A program made the translations under genes and the position numbers. 64,000 nucleotides of DNA, from the NCBI RefSeq assembly GCF_009914755.1, contig NC_060932.1; one strand, written 5' to 3'. Every line of letters starts with the position of its first letter. Position 1 is the first letter of the stretch. Below the pieces are notes generated by a model, which worked only from the letters and a program-made list of their open reading frames with translations, did not search any database and had not been told where the DNA came from. This stretch comes from the human T2T-CHM13v2.0 reference genome, Homo sapiens. Below are positions 44,685-58,319 of this stretch, one piece after another.

Positions 44685-44830
44685 CTGCCACTAATTAGCT
44701 ACTTAACTTTTCTAGATTTTAATTTTTTTCATCTATACAATGAAATGAATAGGTTCCCCCTACCTAGGTGTCATAATTGTTATGAAAACTAAAATGTGAT
44801 AACAAAAGTGAAATTTCCTTGAAAGTTACA
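44685..44830 (+). mobile_element. MIR fragment
   Basis: ctgccactaattagctacttaac...ttttcatctatacaatg. Confidence 0.6.
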
Positions 44831-45159
44831 TATACTATATTGGAAAACAAATTGGTTCCTTGAGTCACAATCTACGATATTGAACATTCACTCAGAGCCA
44901 TTCTATGTAGCCAGCCTCAGAGGTATCATTCTTCACACTCTACTTCCAGCAATTCATGTGAACCCACTGCTCAGGACCTTTTTTAGCATCACAAAGTAGC
45001 TCTCTCGTCATATGTCTTTGCAGCAGACACTGAATCTCTTTCACATAGTTTCTTTCTGAAAATTGTTCAGAAATTTGTTCATCTCCATCAATTAGTTGTA
45101 AAACCGCATTTCCAGGTTTATCTAGTCACTGAGATCACATGGAAAGCTGGATGATATCA

Positions 45160-45340
45160 TGGGCAAAGAACAGCCTTCAGAATTAGGGAGAATGATTTAT
45201 GACCTCTGATTCACCCGCACATACTAGCTATGTGTCATTGAACAACTTCCTTAACCTGAGGACTTCTGTGTGAAATGGGAAAATATGGTTTTTTACAAGC
45301 TGTCAAATCTAACACCTAATAAGTTTTAAATGTTTCATTC
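45160..45340 (+). mobile_element. MIR fragment
   Basis: tactagctatgtgtcattgaacaacttccttaacct. Confidence 0.6.
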
Positions 45341-45624
45341 CTTCTGTCTTCCCTACTATATAAATTAAAAATTCAGTTCTACTTTATATCTTTAAAGCAC
45401 TATTATTAATGTTAATTTATAAGCCCTTGACTGCTGCAAATGATGTTCTCAACTGCTGTGTTAGGATGATGATGAAGAAGGAGGAGGAAGAGAAGAGGAG
45501 AAAGGGGAAGGGAAGGAGAAGAAGAGAGAGAAAGAGAAGAAGGGTGAGGAGGATACGAAAAGAGCTAACAGCAAAGCACATCACTGAAGTAACTTGGAAC
45601 TGGACTCCATCCAGAATCTTAATC

Positions 45625-45703
45625 GTGTGTGTGTGTGTGTGTATTTACTTATTTATATATATATTTATTTCTGTATACACATTTACATTTATATTGTATT
45701 ATA

Positions 45704-45771
<68 letters not shown>
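45625..45771. repeat. (TG)n/(TA)n compound microsatellite
   Basis: Directly visible. Confidence 0.95.
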
Positions 45772-45778
45772 CAATAGT

Positions 45779-45923
45779 TACCTGGCTAATTTTTTGTATT
45801 TTTAGTAGAGACAGGGTTTCACCATGTTGGCCAGGCTAGTCTTGAACTCATGGCCTCAAGTGATCCACTCGCTTTGGTCTCCAAAAAGGCTGGGATTACA
45901 GGTATTAGCCACTGTGCTCAGCC
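45779..45923 (-). mobile_element. Alu left arm only (S-type)
   Basis: cctggctaatttttgtatttttagtagagacagg...agccactgtgctcagcc; right arm absent. Confidence 0.9.
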
Positions 45924-47339
45924 TTAATCCTGTATATTTTTATATGATCTCAGGGCTATGTGTTCCTCCTAGTATCCAATCCAAACTAAATTAAATATAA
46001 ACCTCAAAACTGACAGCTGTTGCTAACATTATTATATCCCATTTTATTTTTATCTCAGTAACCACTCCTAAGCTGGATGAAATGAATGCATCTGAAGTTT
46101 AAGCAGGTGTCTATGCTAAATTTTGCACTTAATTTATAAAAAGATTAAGCGTGAATTTCAATGGAGTTCCATGGACTTTTGCCCTTTCTTCATTGTTTTA
46201 GAACTGAGGTCAACTTATTCATGAATAATGAGATAATGTCAGAGAAAACACTTTGCCTTTCAGATGATTAAGGTAAATTATCTGGTTCATCCTGAAAAAA
46301 ATGATATCACTTTGGCAAATATAAAAATTAAAAAGTTTTACATGGTTAAGTACCATCTTGTGTCTTTGTCAATAGCACTAGTTACATTTTTCCACCAACC
46401 AAGTTTTAACCAAATATTATGTTATAATTTTTAAATGACATTTTATCACTATATTTATGCATCAAATAATAGTTCATGTTATTATCAAATAATAACTTAT
46501 TTATTATGTATAATATTTACAGTGAGTACTGACTTCAGCTGTAATCAAAATATAAATTTAACCAGTCTATGGGGGTCTTATTTTACTTTAATGATGAAAA
46601 CATAGGTTCAAACCCCAGCCTGTTTGATCCAGTATTTGACCAATGTTATTCTCCAATACATTGCTATGTAAGATTGCAAGTGGAGATCCTTTCCTCTTTT
46701 AAAATGAAAATGAACTATTGAAGGTCACTGTGATATTTCTGAAGAACTAGGGATTTTATCACTGGGGAGCATTTAAATGTTCCTTAAACCAATCTTGTTA
46801 CAGCTGGACCCCTCGACCAGAGTCTGTCTCTGAGGTGTTGCTCTATCTTTCAACAGCCTCCTCTTGTTGCACCAGACAACCTTCTTCCAACATCACTGTG
46901 TTTTCCAAGGTCATAACTATTGAATCATAAGCAATACCATGTCTTCAATTTACAATGCAGTCACCATTATGCTAAGACAATCCCAGAGCAGTCCCTTTTC
47001 TGAACTCACATTCCTCCTAGTGTCTCATCAAACCTTTCAAATCCTTCCTACAAGGACTTCCTTTCTTCCCTTCTTTCTGCATCTCAGCTCTCTATCACCT
47101 ACACAGAATGGCACTAAGATCATTGTGACCACAACTCCACAAGAACAGGAAAGGAATACAGGTTTGGAGATACAAAACTAAACAGAGGAGAAAATATCCC
47201 AGTTATAAGTATAAACTACAAAACTGCAATTAGGTTAAAAGAAATATTTTGTAGCTTCAGAGGAAGACAGTCAACTAGAAGCTCCCACAGAAATAAATAC
47301 ATAATTTTTTAAAATGCCATTTCAACCAAAACAACTAAA

Positions 47340-50300
47340 GGAAAGATGTGGACAATAGCAAAGAAGCAACACAAATCCTGCAGAGCACAGAAACCCAGGA
47401 TGGCCACCTAGAGAAGAAGGAAAAACACCTTGCACCCAACACCCCATCTCCCCAGTCAAGATCAGCTTGGAACCAGGAGTGACTCCTTCCGGCAGGGAAA
47501 ACGTAAGCAAGAGGATGTCAGCAGCCCCAGCCACCACCACAGACACCTGCAGTCTTCGCTACCAGAGACTTGTGCAGTCCTCACGGACTGTGAGCGCAGC
47601 TGAAGGAGCTGCCCAGAATCCAGACACTGAATTACTCCCAAAGAAAAAGCCAATGCTGTGCCCACACCCCACCTCACTGGCCTGTGCTGCTACTGTGCTG
47701 TACCATCTTAGAACCAGAGCTACTTCTAGAGTGGGTTCTGCTCCAGGATTGAGGATCCATGCATCCTTCCATCCCTGAGGCTTTGTTGCCCCTGCACAAT
47801 GCTCACCTGGTAGCATGCCATCCCTGGGCTGAGCTTCTGCTATACCTTACCCCATAGGGCCAAGCCACTGCAGAGTTGTTCCATATCCCCCCAGTCCAGT
47901 CATTGCTTCCCCCTCTTCTGTACATCTTCTGTACACCAAAGTTAAAGTGGTACCCTATCCCCAGGAACCACAATCCTCCTGCACACTAGAACAGTCTACC
48001 CCCAGCACCACAACTGAGGCAGTCCCTCAGGGACCTCAGGCTCCTGCACACCAAAGCAGTTGACTCCCACACACAGGACACAAATGTGGCAGCACCACAC
48101 CCCCAAGGGCTCTGAGCCTCTGCCACACCCAAGCAGTTGCACCCCTCAGTGCCACAGCTGACATAGTGCCCCAGGTCATACGAGACAGAGATTCTGCCAA
48201 CCCATGTAGCTGTACATTTTGGGCCACGCAGATGCAGCACCTCATATCACAGGGAATCAGAGCCCAGGCTGAGCTGCACCATCTTCAATCTCCTGGCTGA
48301 ACAGCCATAGTGCTCTGCCTACCTGGAACTGGACTTCACCCCCCGCACAACAGTCCAAGCTGCTGAGGTGCCCCACCAATGAATAGAGTCACTGTTGCAT
48401 TGTTCCCCTCTCCCTGCAGCCCGAGCAACAGTGGCATTTTGCCATTCTTGGATCCTTACTATTGCTGCATCTGGCCTCACAGAGCCTGGGCTACGACTGT
48501 GCCCCACCATCCCAAGGTCCAGAGTCACTAGTACATGGTACCTCATCCCCTGGAGCCAGAGCTCCCACTGTGTCCTGTTGGTTAGTTCTGAGTTCCAAAC
48601 TGCAGCTGTGCCCTGTTCCCCAGGACCCAAGCCTCTGAAGTGCCCTTTCTTCTCCTGAGCCATACCAATGCTGCACCTTGTCCCTCAGAGTCAGAATCAC
48701 AGCTACATTCCAGACCACTGGAATGCTGGAATATGTCCCAGAGCAATAGATCTTAGCTTAGTAGCAGATCTGCATCCACCCATGCCTTGGAAAGTGAACC
48801 CTTCACTTCAAACACCAAATGCTATCACAGTTTCAAAAGACCCTGAGCCCAGGAATCCAGCTCCACAGCTGTTCCAAGCATCTGTGTCCTGGATCCCAGT
48901 ACCATTGTGGCTGCCCATGGGCCACGTCAGACCCAGGACCAAGAGATATCCCCTCAGCTAAGACTCCCCTTCAGCTAAGATTCCCTGTTCTAGGAAAAAC
49001 AAGAACAGGAAGATCCCTAAAGCTTTTACCCTAATAACCTGTGCAGCACCATCACTGCCACAAACTCCTGCAGACTAGATCACTGAGGTGATTGCACCAG
49101 CAGATGCACAGACATTAATACAGGAATGCAAGAAACATGAAAAAACAAGGAAACATAACATCACCAAAGAAACACAATAATTCTCTAGTAACTGATCCCA
49201 AAGATAGAAATTAACAAATTGCCTGAAAGGGAATTCAAAATAATGATCTTAAGAAACTCAGTGAGACATAAGAGAATAAAAATGGATAATTCAATAAAAT
49301 CAGGAAAATCATTCAATATCTGAAGGAAATATTCAATAGGTATTTTAAAAAGAACCAAACAGAAATCTTTGAGCTAAGGAAGTAAGCTAATGAAATTTAA
49401 AAATATACATATATATATATATATAAGAGCTTCAGCAGCAGACTAGATCAAGTAGAAGAAAGAATCTGTGAACGTGAAGATAGATAGTAATTTTGAAATT
49501 ATTTAGTCAGAGGGAAAAAAAAGAATAAAAAGAACAAAGACAGACTGTGGGACTTATTGGCTGCCATTAAGTGAACAAATAGTCACTTTATAGGATTTAA
49601 AGAAGGCAAAGAGACAGAGAAAGGAACAGAAAGCATATTTAATGAAATAATTGCTGAAAACTTCCCAGAAATTGGGAGAGAGATGGACATGCAGGTTTAT
49701 GAAGTCCAAATTTTCCCAAATAGATAGAACCCAAAGAGGTCCTCTCCAAGGCATGTTATAATAAAACTGTCAAAAATCAAAGACAAGGTGAGAATTTTTA
49801 AAGCTGCTAGAGAAAAATGTCAAGTCACATATATATGAATCCACATTAGGCTATCAGATTTCCCAGCAAAAATCTTGCAGGCCAGGAGAGAATGGAATGA
49901 TTTATTCAAAGTGCTGAAAGGAAAAAAGCTGCCAGAGAAGAATGTTATACCCAGCAAATCTATCCTTTGGAAATGAAGCAGAAATAGTCTTTCTCAGGCA
50001 AGAAAAAGCTGAAGGAATTTATCTTCACTAGTCCCACACTACAAGAAATGCATAAGCAAATTATTCAAGAAGAAATGAAAGGATGATTCAAACTATCATA
50101 AATACATCTGAAAGCATAAAACTCACCGGTAGAGGTGAATACATAATCAAACCCAGAATACTCCAATACTACACTGAGGATGTACAAACCATACATATCT
50201 CTAGTATGACAACTGAAAGTCAAAATGGTTAAAATAACTAAAGCTATGATAAATGTTAAGGAATACAAAATATAAAAATATGTAAATTGTGTCATCAAAA

Positions 50301-50505
50301 ACAAGTAGTTGTTGGGAGGGTAAAAATCCCAATGCAAGAGAAGTGAAGTTATTATCAGCTTAAAATTGATTATAAATAAAATAAATTTTATGTAAGCTTC
50401 ATGGTAACCACAAAACAAAACAAAAACCACAGAAGATATACAAATAATAAAGAGAAAGCAATCAAAGCTTACCACTACAGAAAATTATAAGATCACAAAG
50501 ATACA
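47340..50505 (+). mobile_element. L1M2/L1M3-like long GC-rich 5'UTR + ORF1 + inter-ORF, degraded
   Basis: C-rich 5'UTR 47340-49100; ORF1 from ~49137 (atgaaaaaacaaggaaac...gaattcaaaataatgatc; ttgctgaaaacttcccaga); multiple stops. Confidence 0.88.
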
Positions 50506-50509
50506 TTGC

Positions 50510-52183
50510 TACAATTTATACCTTAAACTGTCAATCATATTTTTACAGTGTAAAAACAATACAAATGTATTTACATTGTCTAACTTGTTCAGCATGTGCA
50601 GTAATCGTCATTCCTTTGTATAGATGTGAGTTGCCATCTGTTTTAACGTTCTATCATTCTGAAGAACTTCTCGTAACACTGTTAGTGCCTGTCTGCTGGC
50701 ACTAAATTCTCTTTTTTTTAAAAAAAAAAAAAGTATTTTTACTTACTATACAACTTTAAGTTCACAGCTTTTCTTTTGGCACTTTCAAGTTCCTTGTCTT
50801 ATGGCATGCATTGTTTCTGACAAGAAATCTATCTTAATTGTTATTTCTGTTAACATAATTTGGCTTAATATAATATAAAGAGGTTTCTCTGTCTGTTATT
50901 GAGATTTTTGCTTTATTGTTGGTTTTCATCAGTTTGATTATAATGTGCCTTGTTGTGGTTGTCTTTGGGTTTATCCTACTTAGGATACAGTAAAATTTAT
51001 CTACCTGTAGTTGATATTTTGCATCACATTTGGAAAAATGTTGGCCACTGCTTCTTCCAACATTTTTTCTGCCCCTACACTTGCCCCAGTTGTTCTCCTT
51101 CTAAGATTATAATTACATGGATAGACTGTTTTTGCTCATAGGTCAATAAATCTCTTTAAATTTTTTTTCAGCCTTTCATTATCTCTATGTTTCAGTTAGG
51201 GTAATTTTATTATACTGCCTTCAAATTCTCTGATTTTTTTTTTCTTTTTCAGCACCACATCTGCTGATAAGCCTTTCTAGTAAAGTACTAATTTCAGATA
51301 TTACCTTTCTCAACACAAAAATCATTTTATATCCTTCTGTCCTCTCCTTATTATGTTTATGTTTTCCTTGAAATCCTTGAATACATTTATTATAGCTGCT
51401 TTAAAGTCCCTTTTCTGCTAATTCTATCATTTCTTGATAGATTTTTATCCTGGTTATTGGATGTAATTATTGCTTCTTTGCATATCAAGTATATTTTTCT
51501 GGATGCAGAATAAATGTTACTCTATTGAGTATCTGGATTTTAACTGCTTTTAAAATGTGAGTTTTTTGTTTTGGTGCCCCATTAAGGTACATGTGGGCCT
51601 CCTCAACCCTTCCGAAACTTATTTTTAAGGTTTGTTAGGGTATGTCTACAGCACCTCTTACTCTGATGAGTTCAGAACTACTATTAAGGCATGACCCTTC
51701 TGAGCCATCCACAGAATACTTTGCTCCATGAGGTATCTCTACTATGGCTCATAAAAACTTAAACATACCTCACTCCATTGTGAGCTCATGGACTCTCAAC
51801 TCTCTACACACATACCTTAGTGTTCAGCCAAGATCTCAACAGGAATCTTTGTCTAGCTCCCACCTCTTCAGTATTCTTTCCCACATATTCCAGATGCTTC
51901 AGGCTCCCCAAACTCCCATCTCTGTCTTTTCAGCTTTGGAGTATCTCCTTTCTCTGCTTGGATCCCTCTTTCCCACACTACAGTTAGAAAGTGCTTTTAA
52001 GCAGAAAACCAGGGTAATTTCCTTGCTCATCTTGTTTTTAACCCTTATCTCAAGGATCTTAGTTCTGTGCTGTTTTCCAATGTCTGCAAACATTCATTTT
52101 TTTCTTTATGCTTAGTTTCCTAGTTGTTTATGTCAGGAGGGGAAAACTGATAGCAGTTACTTCATCGGGCTAGAAGTGGAAGT
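50510..52183 (-). mobile_element. Older L1M (L1ME/MD-like) 5'UTR + ORF1, antisense
   Basis: T-rich ORF1 antisense (gcattgtttctgacaagaaatc); terminus ctagaagtggaagt. Confidence 0.75.
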
Positions 52184-53129
52184 TGAACTTTGTACTATTC
52201 CATAATCATGTTTTTTAAATTTTGCATAAAAGAAGTAAATTTGACTTACCTCTAATTTCACTACTTTGAGATATCCTCTATCATTATCATACATAGTGTT
52301 TTTTTCTATAAATATGTATAATTCTTATACTGTTAAACCTGGACCATATAAACTATAGCTAGCTTTGTTCAAAAAAAAAAAAAAAACTCCCCATTTTCTC
52401 ATTCTACTCTTTATATTCATGTTTACTAATACTATTATCTTATTAAATCACACAAATATATGCCCCAAGAATTATGAAATATATGGACATTCTTGGCCTC
52501 CACTGTAATTTCAAGGAGGAGAGAACATTGCTCAAGTTTAAGAACAGATTAAGACTGTATTTTTCTGGCAGTGATGCTTTAAATGGATAGAGTCCTCCAT
52601 GTTCTCAGCCATTGCCATTTTTCACTCTCTCTCCTTTCTTTGAAGCCACGTTGGTCCAAGCACAGCTTCTTCTGAAATGGCAGAAGATCTACTCATATGT
52701 TTCTCTAATTCTCTGTTTCTTCCAAGTAGAACCTATGCTTGGAAAAGTTACATGCGACCCTGAATAGCTAAAGGTGGTAGCCTCAGTTAGGTAGCAGGTC
52801 TGCAGACAGTTACTGGGAAGAATGTATTTATATATTTTTTCTCTCTTTCTTTTCTCTCTCTCTCCGTCTTTCTCTCCTCTAGCTTATTCAAGCTTATCTG
52901 GTAAAAAGAATGTTTCTACATGTCCCAGACCATCTGAAGTACAGAGTCAGAACCCAGCTAAAGTATTATCTTGCCTCACACTACCAGTTTTCTTTTCCTG
53001 CATGTGAGAATATAATTTCCCTCTGGTATTCTTGGAGAAGAGATGTGATGAAGTCAAGCAGAACTGACTCATTCCTGGGTCCCATATTTTAATAGCAAAG
53101 TAATAGCTTCCCAACCTGAACCTAACTTC

Positions 53130-53640
53130 TTACAGGTATTTATTTTCCATTTCTCACTATTTGAAATTGAAATCAATATATTTATATTAAATCTTTGTAT
53201 GCTACTTTAATTATCTCATGGTAATTGATTTCTGGAAGTTGAGTTGTATTGTCAAAAAATATGAACTGAGAATTAAATTTTTCACAAAAACACCAAATTT
53301 CCCTCTAAAAAAGTTGTACTGATATATGTCCTTATCACTATAAAATGTGTTCATCTTTTTATTGTTACCTCATCAATTCAGGTTAGCATTTATAAAAACC
53401 AAAATACAAACACTTTGCCGCCAGAATCACAGAAAAAAATCTTATTTCATTTAACTTCTATATCTTTAATTACTTTTCACACCTATTGAGCATTTGTTCT
53501 TTCAGTTTTGAATTGTCAGTTCAAACTTACTATTTTTTCTATTAGGGTTTTCATCTTCTTAATGATTGTCTATTTTTCATAATTTTTCTTACTATTATTG
53601 ATTCAGAGTTTGTCATTTGCTTATTACCTTCATTTAGTGA
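53130..53640 (-). mobile_element. Degraded L1ME-like fragment
   Basis: accaaatttccctctaaaaaagttgtact...attgagcatttgtt. Confidence 0.5.
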
Positions 53641-54917
53641 GCAATGCTTTTCTTATGCATTGAAATTCTGCCATCACCCTATTTTTCCATCATAATTGAC
53701 CATCCGAACTACTTATAGTTCCCTTTCCAACACCTGACTTGTTACATATCACAAGATCTTATGCACAGTTGCAAATTTAAAATATATCTAGATACGGTAG
53801 TCCTCTAAATCACCTTTGCTCTCTTTTCTTCTTGCAATTTGACACCATCTAGCTCCAAATGCAGATGGTGTGCAAAGCTCCAAGCCTTAGTTAGGAGGCA
53901 GACATGGACTCTGGTGAGCAAAAGCATATTAACTTTCCATATCTCCCTTTTTTTTCTTTCCTATCTAAGTTCACATTTTACTCCCCTTTCCCAGGTCTGT
54001 CAAAGACATTGCGCTGGTGGTGGCTCAGGAAAATCCCAGCAAATAAAGTTTTCATAGGCCTTTAGGTATGAGATTATTTAACTGAGTGCTTGGCTGAGCA
54101 GGATTAGAACACACGTTCAAATATCTTGATGGAGTAAACAAGAGAGAAATGTTAAAGTGTGCAGTCATAGAAAAGACACCCTAGTCCAGGTCTCCAGGCA
54201 GCTGCATCTAGCCTGAAGGCACTAGGTTCCTGCAACCCAGGGTGAGAACGGCAGGGCAGCTAGAGGAACTTGAGTGCTGAAGATGCCTAGGCTTTCTTTC
54301 ATGGGTTCTAGGCTTCTGGGGGTTTTCTATTCCTTGTGCTAGTTTTGTTTTGTTTTCCAGACACAAACAAATAGCAACATCCAAAATGCCAGTCTCTCTG
54401 AAATTTATTCTTTTAAAATTAGGCTTGTGAAACAGCAGGATCTTTACTTCATAGCCTGATACGCTATGAATGCACCTTCAAACTTAGGACCTCATACAAT
54501 ATACCATATTAAACTAAGACAATATGCAGTATTGCACCAATACAAGAGGAAATGAAAACATGATAGGCGATGCCTTTAAGCACACGCAGGTCATCTTGCT
54601 CTGAGTATGAGAGACAACATGAATCTGAGATGTAACAACGACAGAGAGACAGACATCAGTAGAAAGATTCACACACATACACAACAAGAGATTGACAAAA
54701 GACATCTCTAGCCTGTGACCATTCTCCTTTCATTAAGTGTTGCTAATCCATTGTCACTGCTACATTTGTAAATGTTTATGTAACTGAATTGGTATAAATA
54801 ATTCAAAGCAATATTAACTTTGATGTACAGATGGCTTTTCCTCTGAAGGCAACTTGGATAGTATTTGGGGCATGACTGTCTTAACCGAAGAATATTTTGA
54901 CGTGGTACTTCTTGTGT

Positions 54918-54948
54918 TTTGTTGTTGTTGTTGTTGTTGTTGTTGTTT
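54918..54948. repeat. (GTT)n microsatellite
   Basis: Directly visible. Confidence 0.95.
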
Positions 54949-55565
54949 CTAGCAGAATTCTCCAAGGTTCACTTCGTGAAGGGCTGGAAAAGCCTCTCTC
55001 AGGGTTAAAATGATTTTAGGAATACATAATTCCAGTGCTAGAAGTAAAGATGGATATCCTTATATTTAGAGTGAAAAATAAGGCATCTTCACCAGAAAGG
55101 AAACTTGATCCCTGTTGGAAATTGGTGGGGGGTGACGGGGTGGTGATGGGGGACAAGAATCTCTGCAAGCCAGGAAGGAAGGAAGGGAAGGAAGAGGTTA
55201 AGAGGATGTGAAAGACACAAGACAGCGGTGAGGATGAGTAATGGGTGGAGGAATACACAGCCCACACTCCCAGGAGGAGTCCAAGCTTTTATCTAAGGCC
55301 AGTAGTTTGGAAATTTGCCCTTCCATGTATTCTGTAATGACCTTGGAGCCTCTGGAGAGAAGAACGCTGGTCAGTGGGTACCATCGCCTGTGGAAACTTG
55401 TTTGCCCTGGCCTCAGAACGTGAATGCACAATCAAACCCATCTTTAATATGTCTCCCCTCAGAATGTGAAATATTCTCTCTGCAAGTGTCATCAAAGATG
55501 CTCCATACTCCCCAGTAAAAGTCCTCTAAGAATCTAAGACAGATCAGTTGCCTGGCCTGATTTAC

Positions 55566-55725
55566 CCGTGATGTATCTTAAGCAGTACTGGAGACCCAAA
55601 ACCTCTCCAGATCCTCCCAGAATGAGGCTCCTGTGACAATGTGTCCTGCTCATTTCCTCCCCCTGAGCAAATTGCTACAGGCGGCTGCCTTTGAAGGAAA
55701 CTGTCTCTGCAACCATAAACTCCCC
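55566..55725 (-). ncRNA. Candidate exon (160 nt) of a putative minus-strand transcript
   Basis: Long pyrimidine tract cttcctgcttctttgctgtctcccag|G; donor CGG|gtaaat. Confidence 0.35.
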
Positions 55726-56041
55726 CTGGGAGACAGCAAAGAAGCAGGAAGCTGGAAAGCAAAGGATGCAGAGTACAAATTGCATTCAGAGGCAGAAGGG
55801 GAGGGGAGCCCAGCTGGGATTTCAGCTCCTGAGCGACCAGCTCCATTGACCTTTGCTTCTCTCCTTTATTCTCTACTGCCCCTTTTTAGCTTTGTTCCTT
55901 TTATGCAGGAGTGTACGCTATATAGGGTATGAGCTAAACCATCAATAACCGAGACACAATGTTCCCCAAAACTCGACCGAATTCTTAAAAGGATGAAGAC
56001 ACAGGAGCAAGCTGGTCTTTAGTCACCTTCCTTATTCCCTC

Positions 56042-56044
<3 letters not shown>

Positions 56045-56084
<40 letters not shown>
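56045..56084 (+). repeat. Orphan A40 homopolymer
   Basis: Directly visible; no retroelement body or TSD. Confidence 0.95.
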
Positions 56085-56089
<5 letters not shown>

Positions 56090-57419
56090 TTACTAACAGC
56101 TGCAGAGAGCTGCTTCCACGAATTGCAAATAAATTCGGGGTCCACATGAATGAAGTCTTTCCTGGTGGGCTGATCTGTTCACCTGCCCCTGTGAAGGGCA
56201 GTTTGTCTGAGCCACCTATCTGGGAGGTACACAGGTACACTTTCTCTGAGAGCAGAAGATTGCTGCAAGGAGGGCGAGGTAGCTTTTTCAAACCCTTTAT
56301 CTCTGCGGGCCAGGTTGTTCCAGTTACAAGCTGCTCAATTGCTGCATCAAGTCTCTGCCTTCAAGAAAAAGAAACAAGGAAATACAATCTTACTTCTGGA
56401 AATCTAAAAGCTTATAAAAGCTCACAGTAGAATTTGCTTCAGGCAGAACCCACAGGAATTTCTATCGGGGAGTGAGGGGGCAGACAACTGGATGTGTGGC
56501 AGAAAAATTCAACTCAGACCCCCTGTTTCCCAACAGCAGCAGTTCTCAGAATTTTAGATTTAAAACTTAAGGAAGAAATGCTTTCTCTGAGCAAAAGAAA
56601 CTCTACTGAGCACCTCCACCTTGCCTATACACCCGACACACCAGCCCATCATCACCACCACGCTAATAACTCAGTGCACTGACTTACAGGCTGGTGCTGT
56701 TTTCATGAACCAAAGATGAGCTTCCAGTATGTTTTTAAAAATTAAATAAGCTGTATGAATTATTCATCGTTTACACCCCCTCCCAAAGAGTATGGATCTG
56801 ATATTTTAAACATTATTACTTCCTCAATCCAATAATCAATTTCCTCCACAAACCTTGTCATGATAACCTCTGCAAGAAGGACATTTCTGCTCTGAATTAC
56901 TATTGCATTTTGGTTTGGCCCCGCTACACGGGGTGTCGCATGGATTGTCTTACAGCTAATTATGAGCACAAAGACCTTTTAGATGGTGCCTGAGAAACCA
57001 CCCAGGAAACAGGAATAAGCACCCCAGCCCAAGAGTCCTCATTCATCTTGATCAAACTAATACTAGGGGACGGGATCGGTTCACCTCCTCTCTGACTAGG
57101 CGATTAAGGGGGCATAACTCAGAGACACTGAATACAAGCTTGTCAAAAGCTGGGCTGATGAATTCAAATCTAATCTAAAAGCATAATGGGTAGAAATGCC
57201 ATTTATCTTAATCAGTGCTAAAGGTTAATGTATAGACATGGTTAGCTCCATAGAAATGAGAAAGAACATTTTGTTTTCTTCCTGGCTCTTTGCTATGAAA
57301 AGAAAATTCATCACGAGAAGCCAAGAGGAGATAATTAAAAAGCAAATGCCAGCCTGCTTTCAAAGCATCCATTTTCTGTGCTCAGCCACATGCCTTTGTT
57401 CTTCCTGCAGTGTCCTTGA

Positions 57420-57590
57420 CCAGAAGATCGCCTGAGAGAGGTGCAGGAGGAGGTGATGCTGACTCAGGACTTGGCGCTGGTTGCCTGAACTGTAGGCTCC
57501 CCTCTCTTATGAGTCCACCACACCCCATTTGCTCAATCGGACGAAGTCGAGTTACCCAGTGTCAACCAAAGGGTGGGTGCCTAGCCCATC
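57420..57590 (-). promoter_or_regulatory. Candidate promoter/enhancer motif cluster
   Basis: TGCTGACTCAGGA (MARE/AP-1), CCACACCC (KLF/SP), TTTGCTCAAT (C/EBP), GGGTGGGTG, minus-strand CATAAGA, several CpGs, in repeat-free sequence. Confidence 0.45.
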
Positions 57591-58319
57591 TTCTCTCTTT
57601 TGTGATTACAAATTCCAAAGAAAAAAAAAAAAAAAAAAAAGAATTGCATCTTTTTTTGCAATTCCAAAGCAAGTTTCTAGAAGGCAAAAAGCAGAGAGGG
57701 AATATCAAGCTGCTCTGATGGGTGATTCTCCAGCCCTAGCCCTTTCTCTGGATCAAGTGCAATGAGGAAGAGCATGGTTCCAGGAACTCCACAGAAGTTA
57801 TGTCAGCTCTGTAGACAAATCGGTGCAAAAGGAATGGATGGCTGGTCTGCAGTCCAAACCCCCAGTAGGGATTTTTTTCTGCCTTAGTACAGGGGACATA
57901 CATTAGAGGCAGCAAATGCGAGGAAATAGATGAGACAAGGTGTACCAGCTGTCAGAGGTGGGACAGGGAACCAGTCCAGCAGAGCTGCATAATAAGTCAG
58001 CAGTCTTCCCTGTATCCAGGCAGCAGCATCTGTGAAATTCAGCTGTGGCTATTTAAGTTATTGTTTCATTGTCCCACATGGAAGTAATCTCTTATGCAGG
58101 TTTTCTTTTTTAATTATTAGTAGGATGCTTATCACCATAGAACTCATGCAAGCACTATCCCAATCCTATTTATAGAAGAAGAAACAAAGACACAGGGGGG
58201 AAAAAAAAAGTCACAGTGCTGAGAGAACAGAAGGCCGATGTTCTAGACCCATCTCTGCCACTAACTTCCCACATAATCAAAAGAAACCACATTCTCTTTC
58301 TGCATCTTAATTTGGAGGC

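Noticed and set aside
47322-49034. Cluster of overlapping ORFs in GC-richer DNA resembling a gene or promoter
   Set aside because: Explained by the L1M 5'UTR; CpG-depleted and not a CpG island
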